Assembly: GCA_002633005.1 (NCBI GenBank)
Contig: NMRA01000577.1
Location: forward strand, 186,001 to 250,000
From: Phoronis australis
Taxonomy: Eukaryota > Animalia > Phoronida
Direction: 5' to 3'
Length of the DNA stretch: 64,000 bases
The position numbers were made by a program, and so were the translations under genes. This document shows positions 40,601-52,600 of the stretch, piece after piece (the first letter of the stretch is position 1; every line of letters starts with the position of its first letter). The notes beneath the pieces are model-generated. The model was not told the DNA's origin. It did not search any database and saw only the letters and a program-made list of their open reading frames with translations.

Positions 40601-43600
40601 TTTTAGCTCGTCCGTCCACTCCCAACCCACACATTTTTGGCTGCAGAGCCGTAGTATTTGTTGCCGCGGTTTACAATAACACAAGACGCCATTGAAAATC
40701 CCGCCACGCTATCCCAGATGCCCCGGCAATGTTGACAATTTACGTTCCTCCGAAACATAAAGAGCAACTTCCGCTTTTCGAGGTGAACGTCGTCTGCAAC
40801 GCGGTAAGAAAGAGATTTGCCGCGGAAATTTTATATCAAATCCGATTTTTTTTTACGCGGAAATATAATAAAATGCGCGGACAGAACATTTGAAAAAAGC
40901 GGAAATCCGTGTTTCCGCGGAAAATTCCAACTCTGAAAGACATAGTTTCATAAGTCAGATACAGTACAAGCAAATAGGCGCAGTGTGGCCTATAGGAATA
41001 AGTGTCCCCTTCCTTCACTCAATGAAGCGTAGAAATGGTTCCGGGTGATAAATGCAATGGGTCCATTTGAGTGGCCTGCGCACGTCGGGTACAGCGTGTA
41101 GTGCCTGTGATTATGTAATTATTTTTTAAAGCAAGTGCACTATTTGACAATATCAAATGAAAGTCAATCCATTTCACGACTGAGACAAAGCATTTCTAGA
41201 GGAATCGTCCAAGACAGCATCCTAATTGTCACGACAACCAAGTACTTGAAATGACTTCTCAAGGCCGATGGTAATTGCCCGGTATTCAGGACAATTCTTG
41301 CATATTTACCTCTTCATCAATTACGTCCTCGTGTACTTTCTTCTTGCGCCCTCTTGTGGATCGCTTCTGCTGAGAAGTTGGTTCCGGTTCAACATTCTGT
41401 GAAGTGAAGAAATGCAATTATTTTCATCAAGTTACATTGTCAGAACGTAGTTCCATAATGAAGGATACTACAAGTATCTAATGCAGTCAAAATGGCACCA
41501 TTAAAATCCCATTTCCATTTCTGGTAATACTGATGGTATTGAAAGTATGGTTGCACAAACACTNCCCGGTATTCAGGACAATTCTTGCATGCTTACCTCT
41601 TCGTCAATTACGTCCTCGTGTACTTTCTTCTTGCGCCCTCTTGTGGATCGCTTCTGCTGAGAAGTTGGTTCCGGTTCAACATTCTGTGAAGTGGAGAAAT
41701 GCAATTTTTTCCATCAAGTTACATTGTCAGAACATAGTTCCATAATGAAGGATACTACAAGTATCTAATGCAGTCAAAATGGCACCATTAAAATCCCATT
41801 TCCATTTCTGGTTACCGTAATACTGATGGTATTGAAAGTATGGTTGCACAAACACTCAAAAATAAAAGTATTGTGCTTTAAGAGGGCAGGTCCTAGCAAT
41901 TTGAAATTTACTTCAGTTGTTTTTTTGACAACAGCCAGACTTACTTCATTGGTCGCCATCTCATGACTTCGCCTTTTACGTGCCCTTGATGTCCGTCTGT
42001 CACCTGACTCTTCACCTTGTTGCAGGGCCATCAGCTGGACCTGCAACTTCTGGTTGGCTTCACGAAGATCGGCCTCGTTTTCATCACGTGCCACCAGGAC
42101 GCGCTCCAGCTGCTGACTGGTCTTCTTGTGATCCTGTATCTCTCGCTCCAGCTGGTGACGCAGTTCGGCCAAATCTTTTGATTCGTCAATCTCCTCACTG
42201 CAACTGCCAGCTGCAGCTCGGCCTCTGGTCTTACGAGTAGTACGCTGTTGGAGTTAACAAGCAGCGTGTCATCAAACAAGAAATCATAACCTTAGACAAA
42301 CAAGAGTGTGATTTTTTCTCACTCTACCCACTCCTAATTTAGTGCTATTTAGCATATGGCATCCAAAATTGAGAGAAAAAGACTTGCATTCCCATATTCC
42401 AACAAAACCTTCAGTTGATGCACTCATACATCCACGTATCAGATGATAAACTATTGGCAGTCCTATAATACACGCATCTTTCCATGTATCAGATGCTAAC
42501 CATATTGACAGTCTACAATACACGCATCTTTCCATGTAACAGATGCAAATCCTGAGCCTGCCCAGTCATGTGATACAGATACACTCACTTGACCTTTGAC
42601 CCCTGCAGTTCATCCTCAAGTGAGGCCACTTTGTTCTTTAACATTTTCACCAGATACACGTACACTCACCTGATTGCCTTTTGACTCCTTTAGCAGTTGA
42701 TCCTCAAGCGAGGCCACTTTGTTCTCTAACATTCTCACCAGATACACTCACCTGATTGCCTTTTGACTCCTTTAACAGTTGATCCTCAAGCGAGGCCACT
42801 TTGTTCTCTAACATTCTCACCAGATACACTCACCTGATTGCCTTTTGACTCCTTTAACAGTTGATCCTCAAGCGAGGCCACTTTGTTCTCTAACATCTTC
42901 ACTAGGTCCTCATTCTCTCCGCTTTCCATTATGCTGGACTGGAAACAAAGAGCACCGGTCAAGAGAAGGCGTGGGAAGTGGTCAAAAGATATTATGGACA
43001 GTAGTCAACGAGAAACAAACTCACTGTTAGTTAGTGCAAAGTGTTTTGTTACCTTTACGTTAAATTGCAAGAAAACGACAATATAAGACACGTTTTCAAG
43101 ATCGGGCAAATGTTGACAAACCTTGAGGCATGTATTGATTCGAATTACTAATCCTATAAGGATACCTGAATCATTTTCTAGCTAGTACTCAAATCTTTAC
43201 CTGGTTGGGTTGGTTAGCTAAGCTGGCCTTGAGCTCCTTTATCTCCTCATCCTTTTTCTGCATCACCTTCTCCAGGCTAGACACCAGCTGATCACGGTTT
43301 TCCCGCCATTCCTGGACAAACAGAGATATGACTTACAATACGCCACTACTGTAGCAATTCTCATGCGAAGGACAACAATTTTCAAACATTTTTTTAATGT
43401 TTATTACGAAAAATACAACGTACATTAATAAGAGTTAAGTCCAAGCAATAGAAAGGATTACAATTTTCTCAAGACGTCAAAAAGCCAGTTTTGTTGCAAA
43501 AATATCTCACCTGCAGCTCTGCCGCTTTTGATTTCTCCATGGAGCTGACAGTCTGTTGAAGAGACTCTACTTTGACCTCAAAGTCTCGCAACTGTTTGGC

Positions 43601-46600
43601 CTTCTCCTGTAAAGGCCAAGAAAACATGTTATTTCAATAGGCAACATCCTTCTTTTGAATACATCTCCACTAAATATGTACTTCCTGCTTTTTTCGTCAT
43701 GTTTTGCTTCACTTTAGAAACTACGAGTGGCACGCAGGCTGGCAGTCAGGTTGACATACACACAAGAAAACAGGGTATGGCGGACAGAGAAAGATCACAG
43801 GACAGGCGTGCAGACAAACTGGCAGAAAGCCGGGTACACAAACAGACAGACAGCCAAGAAAAGATGGTCTGGCAGGCAAAGAAAGAGATCACCAGACAGG
43901 TGTATAGACAGACAGATGTACAGACAGACAAAAACAGGGTCTGGCAGGCAGAGAAGGATCATCAGACAAATGTGCAGACAGACTGTCACTGTCAAACAGA
44001 CAGGCAAACAGTGAGTTCCACACACACACACTGGCTGTCAAGTGACCAGAAATACTAACAAACCTGGGATTGAAGCGGAATGTGTTTGTGGGAACAGGTA
44101 CATATTTGAAGAGCAGCAAATTTGTGATCACAGTGTAACAGTCAATGAGAAAACCAGGATTAATCACCTCTTTCTCTTTTTTCAAGTGTCGTATATCTGC
44201 CTTCTTGTCCACCACTTCTTGTTTAAGATTGTTGATCTGAGTGTTCACATCCTCACGAGACGCAACAAGTTTCTTTTTAAGTTCCTCATCCTGTGAGTTC
44301 TTTAAAGTCTCCAGCTCATGCCTGGTACCTAAGGAACAAAACAAAATGGCGTCTCACTGGAACAAAACAAAATGGCGTCTGACTAGTAAATATTTAATAA
44401 CAGCAGAGGAAGCACAAACTTTCCAATCATATTGTGAATTCATTTTCATGAGTTTTTCACGGTATCATTTTCCCCGCAAGAAAGGAAAAAAGTATAGTAA
44501 TTTTGTTACTGACTGCTGCCAAACGAATGCATGAACTTGTGATATGGTTCTCAAAATGACGGGTCTGTTATTTTATGAAATATTCCAAGAATTCCCTTAA
44601 GCTTTCCCTTCTTCTTATTCCGTAGGAAAAATAGCTTCATCGTTTTGACACTAGCGATTTTATTTACTAATAATGACATTGGCAGTTAAAATTATTAATA
44701 AGTATTATGAGGCAATACTAGAACCCAGGGTGTGTCTGCATCCATTCTTATATGGCACAAAGGTGTCTCCTATTCCTCTGAGCTTGGTGTTACTAGTGAA
44801 TGTATGCATGCCAAGGAAATGAATAAGAACCTGGATATAATGCAAAAGCAATTTTTGGGTTTGTGCTCATATTATTAGCCAAGGTTCCAGTAAAACCTGT
44901 TCTGCAAAATACATACTGGAAAGAAGTTTCTCAAGTTCCTTCAGCTCGCTGTTGTTCTCGGAAACAATGGCGGCCAACTTCTGCTTTTCCTCCAGGAGTT
45001 TTTGATATTCATCCTGACTTCTAGACTCTGTGACAATACAAGAGTTTTGAACAAATTAGACCCCCAGAAACTTTTCACGAATCACACATATTCTTAAACC
45101 AATCAAGCGAAATGACACAATATGTTGATGAATCAACACTGACCAAAATTGTCAAAATGTATTCAGTCATATTGCATTTTCCACGATTAAAGTTTGAATT
45201 TTTTCTAATGATCATTGTCAGGCACAAGTCAATGCATCAACTTTCAAAATGATGGTTTTTACATCGTATGTAAAATTTTCCACAACTTTTCTTTTGTTTT
45301 ACCTTTTTTCAGTTTCTATAACTTTTCCAAGCACGGAAAACAACAGCTGTTCTGAACTGTTAATCTAATTCTACATTGTACATATTACGAAACACCATGT
45401 GATGGCACAAGCAATAATCCTTTTGCCCAAAACATGTATAGAATTTTGATAATTTCCTGCCACTGAAGATAATCTATCATGTTTTGAAGGGGCAACTGAA
45501 TGAACAAGGCTTCTGAATCCTATTTTTAGTTTCAAAATGACCGAGTCCACTATCATGCTGGGGAGAGCACATGGAGACTTGTCACATTTTACATTAATCA
45601 TTTCTGTATAAAATCGTTATTTTTCATAAGTCAAAGAATCTCTCCAGGATAACTCAAATGCATTCAATAAGGACCTTTTGCAGTGCACGGCATAAGTTGT
45701 TTGACAAATTAAAGTTTCCACATCACAACGGCTCATGCCGTGTACAACAGAAATGGTGTGCAAAGAGCCGTCATGACTAATCAATCCACCCCTCTTCAAT
45801 GCTGATAAATTCCCCATAATCCTGATCGTAACCAACGACTACAATAAGTCAATTCTGCCCTTGCTCAGCTTCCAATAAAACCATTTTGTCGGACTACCTT
45901 TGGTGGGGTATTGTACCGGGACTAAACTCTAGCACTGAAGCAACAAATTGCAGCACAACAATGTGGATACAAACCAGAGTGGACTCGTCTCAAATCTCCG
46001 AGACTCTTCTCTGCCTTGGACAGTTTCTCTTCCAGACGTGATTTGTCAGCCGACAACTTCTGTATATCTTCCACAGAGGTCATGGCTTCCATGTCTGTAA
46101 GAAAAGAGCAGAGAGTGTAGCTGAACAAACTTAAGGTTGAAAAAATTACTACTACGAAGTCTCACGAACTAGAGTACAAAATGACCTAACAAACAAAAGT
46201 GTTCTTTTATCTAAACAGGTGCTACCAATTAAGGGAACACGTTGTGCTGATAAGAGTAATGAAATTGCCAACTAGGCCTAGACTAGCTATGCACAGTTGT
46301 AGCATATCAATGGCTAATCTTTGCATTGAGAAATCAAAGAAATGTTTGGAGCAAAATTCTATGATCATTCAAAAGATCCAAATAATTTTGACACAGGTAG
46401 ACAAATTTAAAAATTTGTCAATTTCTTGAAAATTGAAACAGGCTGCACTGAAAATGAGACTTAACTCAACAATTTTGTTCACAAATTAAAAAAGTGAAAA
46501 TAATTAAATTGAACAATCTGAAGCAGTAATACTGACCAGTGGTCAGTTTCTGTATTGCCTTGTCCTTGACCTCCAACAGTTTATCCTGTTTGTCCATGCA

Positions 46601-49600
46601 ATCCTCTTGTTCCTCTAAAGCCTTCTTCATGTCCCCCAACAACTTCTCGTTGGACTTGGAGTCTGGACAGGAAAGACAAATCCGCAGTATAACACTGGAG
46701 TAAAGCAGCTTAGGCCCAGACATGTCACCCAATTATTAACAATAATATAACACACAATCACAATAGCAAACTGTATAATGTACGACTGCTTTCACGATAG
46801 ACAAACAATTTTCCTTGTTGCAAAAAGTCCAAAATTTTAGAAATTTAAACTGTATCGTTTCTAAAATTAAAAAGTTACAAATCTTCAGGAAAATCAGACC
46901 CTCAGCTGAAATTGATCAACATGAGACAAACGAAAACCCATTAGTATTCCCAACTACCCATAAATCGCTACTCGGTGATAAACACTCATCAGTCTTAGTC
47001 TACCTGAAAAAAGTCATTGGTAATGTTGCTATAACCAACACGGGCCATTAGCACTGTGGTGCTAGACACATACAGAGGTCCTACCTTTGAGGGCAAGTTC
47101 AAACGTCTTCCTCTCCATTTCCATCTCTGTCAACAACTGAGTCACCTTGTGCTCCTTACTACTCAGCTGCTCCTCTATTGACCGCAGCTCCACCTCATGG
47201 CGAGACTCCCTCTCAGACAGTTGAACTTTCACTTCTTCTAAAGTACTACGGTAGTCGTCGGCAATTTTCTGCAACAAGACGAAGCATAAGAAAGGAGTGA
47301 TATGTTGACTGTTAAATTCAAGTTTCTGTGGATGTCTTTCAAGACGATAGCGCTTGCAAGCTTGACAATATGATAGGTAGAATATGGTAAATCCCAATAC
47401 AGTGAATACCTCCTCCTCTCAGACTCGGTAATTTGGACATGTGAGGTGCGAACTTGGCTGTAAGGCCATCAAAACCAGGCTTGTACCTCCCTTTGCAGAA
47501 ACTTATCAATTTATCATATCAGCGACACCATACAAGGCATTTCGATAAGGAATAGTGTTAGCAGGGAATACTCTGGGTAACATACAGAAAATATGTTCTT
47601 CAAATATCAACGGTTGACATAGTTTCTTCACCTTGTTAAAGGAATTGTGTATTATGAAGAAATAAAGATAGAAACTACTCTGCCGTTCAGACCAAAGTCT
47701 CCAACCAGGAAAACAATGTTTCCCATTGTTTACTCAGCCAGTCCTTTTTCTTCACTGCACACTGAGTAAGACACAATCACAAGGACCAGAAGCCTCCTAC
47801 ATTGCAATCACGCAGTCCTTCCCTATTTCTTCACCGATACAGACACATTCACTCAGCCATTCCCCATTTTGTTACATAACACCGAGTGAGATACATTGCA
47901 CTCCAAACACTCCCAGTAGTAAGCCCACCCAGTTTTCCTCACTAAACACCAACAAGAGCAATGCAGAGCGTTGAAATGTGCCCACAATTGCACCGTATAC
48001 GGTATCCTTCTAGGGTTGTTTATTGGTACCATAAAGTGGCTAGTAGAGGGCATATATGTAGTATGTTGTACTTTGCAAAATGGAAAGGCATGGTCATTGT
48101 CTCCTCAATAGGCTAGAGGCAAAATGTGAGTGATCTTCATAATACAAGCACATCCTATACATCAGTTGCTTAAAGCACCACAGAAACATAGAATTAAAAA
48201 CAAATTTACCAACATACGAGATTAGCACAGCATTAGAATGCCAGAAACAAATTTCTACTTGGAACTTTAATTTCCTTCATAGTCACGAAGTAACACAAAG
48301 TATACACCTGAAGACCTATGAAAATACAGAGGTCAATGTAAAATACTAAAATTTCCACTAGAGGCATACCAGTAGTCAGAATCGTCCTAAAGTCGTCATC
48401 GTCCGTTGTCAACATCACATTAATACACTTGCTAAATTTAGTAAACATCCTGCAAACGGTTTGGGAGATACAGCCATGGGCGCAAAAAAAAACTGCCACT
48501 AGGAGGCACCACAGTAATCAAAGTCATGGGAAATTCAGCGTCAACCGTCCTCTTCATAGTAAGAACATACATGCCAATTTTCACAATCATACTTATAGCG
48601 GTTTGGTTGATGGAGTGGACGCCAAAAAACAGACTCAAAAACAGTAAAAATGGCCACTGGGTGTCGCAAACTACATCGAATCCATCCGAAAACGAGAGGT
48701 TAGCGTCATCTCACTAATAGGTGCCTACATTCCAAATTTCATGAAAATCCGTTCAGGACTTTTGAAGATACAAAGGTAAGCGTAAAAAATTAAAATTGCC
48801 AGTAGGGGGCACACCGGTAGTCAGATCCGTCCGAAAGTTTGCAAGTGCCGTTCCATTCATGAATGGAACATATGTGCCAAATTTCATGAACGTATGTCAA
48901 AGGGTTTTGGAGGTAAAGCAGCGGACGCCGGACGAACGCCGCCCGGACGGACGGACGGAGATGACGGCATAATGCGTCCACATATAAATATGTGGGCGCA
49001 TAAAAAGCGCCTAACTACAACACCGAAGTCTTTCACCTTGTCCTCCATATTCCTTCACTGACCTAAGAAACAAGTAAGAAAAATTCACTTCCAGGACCAG
49101 TCTTCCACGATGTTCCCACCTTGAACCCAGCCAGCACCTAATGAATATCAAGCAAGGCACATTCACTACACATCCCACTATATACTCACAGAACACTGAG
49201 CAAGGCACATTCACTACACACCACCCTATACTCACAGAACACTGAGCAAGGCACATTAACTACACACCACCCTATATTCACAGAACACTGAGCATGGCAC
49301 ATTCACTACACACCACCCTATACTCACAGCACACTGAGCAAGGCACACGTACCCCCGGACCAAAGAATCTTACCTTATAGTCAGCCACTTCCTGTTGCAG
49401 TTTCTTCATGGCCATGTCACTAGTCACTGCTGCATCACTCGATGCTAGAGCCTTCTGCTGCAGCTGCTTGTACTCCTGGTTCTGCTCGTCCATCACCATG
49501 GATGCCTGATGCAACTTCTTGCGCAGGTCATCCTCTCGTTCCTGTGCCTGACAAACAGAAGTTTATGATAAACTGGTTAGCACTGAAGCTCAATAATTTT

Positions 49601-52600
49601 CAAAGTTCCTCCAAAAATGAAACACTGGTCTGATAGAAAATGGAAATACTAAGAAGGAATCAAAACACTTGTTTGAAATATTTTTCAAACATAGTGATTG
49701 TCTCACTCAAAAAGTGAACAAGATAGATAAGAAATTGACATTTCAATAGTTATAAACTATTTTATAATCATCTACATAAACAACAACCATGAAAGAGTCC
49801 AAATTTTGACTTTTAGACTCAAACGACACAACTTAAAAATTAAACAAGAACGCAAAGTTAAAAGAAATGGCATTACCTTATTCAGATTGTCAGTTAGAGT
49901 CTCCATCTGCTGCTGCGTCAAATTTAGCATTGATAGTTTCTCTGACAACTCGGAGAGCTTTAACTCCTTCTGTCCAACAAGTGCTTTCGTTTTCAGAAGT
50001 TCCTTCTCAAGTTCTTCAACCTTGTTTTTCGATTTATCAAGTTCTGTCTGAAGTTGAGCATTGTCAATAGAACTCTTCACCAAATCATCCTTATTACTAT
50101 TGGCAGCTTCAATCTCACACTTCATACGTTTCATCTCACATTTCAACAAGTCCACCTCCGTCTCAAGCGCAGCTTTCTCAGCTTTCACAAGAGCAAAGCT
50201 CGACTGAATACTTTTGATTTCATCATGCATGCTTTTGTTTTTAACATCAAATTTTTCACCATCCTCTTTCTTTTGACAAATAGAGTCTGCTAACTGTTTC
50301 TTCAATTCCTCAATGGAGGACTCTTTATCTTTCAATTCAAGTTCAAAAGCTTCACACTTCCTCTTAACATCCACTAAGCTAGATACCTCTTTTTCTAAAG
50401 AGTCCTTCAATGCTTCCAGGCTGCTGCACTTCCCTTTCAAGTCTGATAACTCTCTCTCGTGTTCACCATTCACATCTTGGTCGTGACTGTGAGTTTCAAG
50501 CAACTCGGACTCCAGCTTCTTCAACTTCACTTTCATCTCCCGCAACTCATGATCTGTGTCAGACTTAGCAACATTCAAAGTTTCACAGATAACGGTCATC
50601 TTGTCAAGCTTTTCCTTGGCCTCCTTCAGCTCTTTCTCCAAAGCGTCCTTGACCTTGTGCAGTTCAGCGTCACCTTCTTCCATTTCACGGATACTCTGTT
50701 TCAACTCCTCCACCTGTTTCTCGAGTTCAGCAATCTTTTCTTCGTGTTCTCTCACATATCCCGCCTGTTTATTTTCCGTCTGCCTCGCAGTGGCAGCGTC
50801 CACTCTAGCACCAGACAACTCTGCTTCCATTGAAGATATCTGCTTTTGCTGTTCTTCTAAGAAAACATCTTTCATCCTCAGCTGATCTTCAAGTTGATTA
50901 CATTTCTGAGTGTACCCGGCAACTTCCATCAACTTCTCAGATAGTTTTGAAGCATCACCATCCACCCTTTTCTTCAATTCTGTTAACTCTATTTCTTTTG
51001 CTTCCATTGCAGATTTTACACTTGACAACTGGTCTTCACATTCCTTCATCTCCATCACTTTACTTTTCAAAGTGTCTTCCAACCCATTACACTTCTCCAC
51101 CAAGTGTTTCTTTGACTCATCAGTGTTGCTTTTTGCTAGAGACAAACTCTGCACTTGGTTGGTAGTTTCATCCAACATCTTCCGCAGATTGTCCGAGCAC
51201 TCTTGCAGTTCCTCTACCTTACTCTTAAACACCTCGCAGCAATTTCCACTGGCAGCTTCTTTAAGTTGTGCCTCCAAAAGAGATTTCTGTTCTTCCGCAG
51301 ATGCGAGTTCTTCCTGTAGTCGCTCGCACTCTGTCTCAACTATGGAAATCCTGTCCTTTGCTTCTTCACACAGCATCTTGTCAACACTAATTACATTTTC
51401 TAAATCTTTAATCTTCATTTTCAAATTGTCAGCCTCATTTTCAGATGCCGGTGCTTCTTGCTTCAGCACTTGACTATCAAGATACACACACCTTATCTTT
51501 GCCGTCTCAAGCTCTGACTCAAGCTGGCTTACTTGATTCTCCAAGACCCTAGCCCGCTTCTCAGATTCCTCGTGAGATAACTCGGCAGTTTTCAAAGCAT
51601 GAGCCAGAGCTGTAATTTCTGCATTGCACTCTTCAACAATCACTTTGTACTTACGCTCACTGACAGTCTCCTCTTGCTGAGACTTCTTACCCTCTTCTTC
51701 TTTTAATTCCTCGGTCTGTTTCATCAACAGATCAATTTCTTCTTGTTTCTCCTCAGCACCATCTAATTTATGTTTCTTCGGCTTCAGTGTCCTCTTTTTC
51801 CGAGAATGCATCTGTCCTTTACCAGGGGTTAAAGCATCAGAATTAATTTCAAAGAGCTTATCAATACTGTCTCTCTCTCGTGAGGAACTATCACCAACAT
51901 GTGCTTTATCTTTAAGCCTGTCACATTCTTGGCGACTTTCGGATAACTGTCCCTCTAGTAAACCAATTTGTTTCATCATCTCAGCCTGTCTCTCAGAGGC
52001 AGCTATGGCTTTTTGAGTTAGACTTTCTACTTCTTCCTTGAGTTTGTCGATTTCTTGCTGCAGGTCTAACACTTTAGAGGAGCCACAGCTGTCAGGGCCA
52101 TGTTTACCCATGGCAACATTGCCAGTGCTATTGCTCTCTTCATACCCAAGCAGGACAACATTTTTATTAAATATGACATCCATGTCTTCATCGCTTACTT
52201 CGCAAGTGGTCTGTTGACACACATTTTCATTGGTGACAATGTCCTCTGTCTGTGCCCAGCCACTGACACGGGGTGGTTGTTTCTGAAGGTGCATCTGTTT
52301 GTCTTTCACAACAGATAAATCATGATCACGCTGCTGCAATGTGTTCTCCAGTAAAGAGATCTCAACACGTGCGGCTCGCAGCTTCTGTCTCTCCTTCTCC
52401 AAAGTTTGCTTAAGCTCTTGAATCTCACCAGCCAGCAGAATTTCAGACTCTTGTTCTATGCAGGCAAGCTCACCACCAGTCGTAGCTGAATCTGATGCCC
52501 TATTGCTTACCGACAATTTCGGTTTCAGGTTTTCGTCATTAGGATGAGATATCTTTATTTCAAGGTCTTTAATTGTTTGTGTTTTGATCTTCAAGTCATG

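Noticed and set aside
42577-42895. CRISPR-like appearance of regularly spaced repeats (also 49149-49347 and 1-600)
   Set aside because: Units are contiguous with no unique spacers, there are no cas genes, and the DNA is intron-containing and eukaryotic.
43699-44058. Overlapping ORFs on both strands
   Set aside because: Produced by the ACAG low-complexity repeat.
49037-49062. 26-nt micro-exon candidate on the minus strand (tttcttag...AG|gtgaaa)
   Set aside because: Not a multiple of 3 between two phase-0 exons; it could only be a poison exon and has no support.
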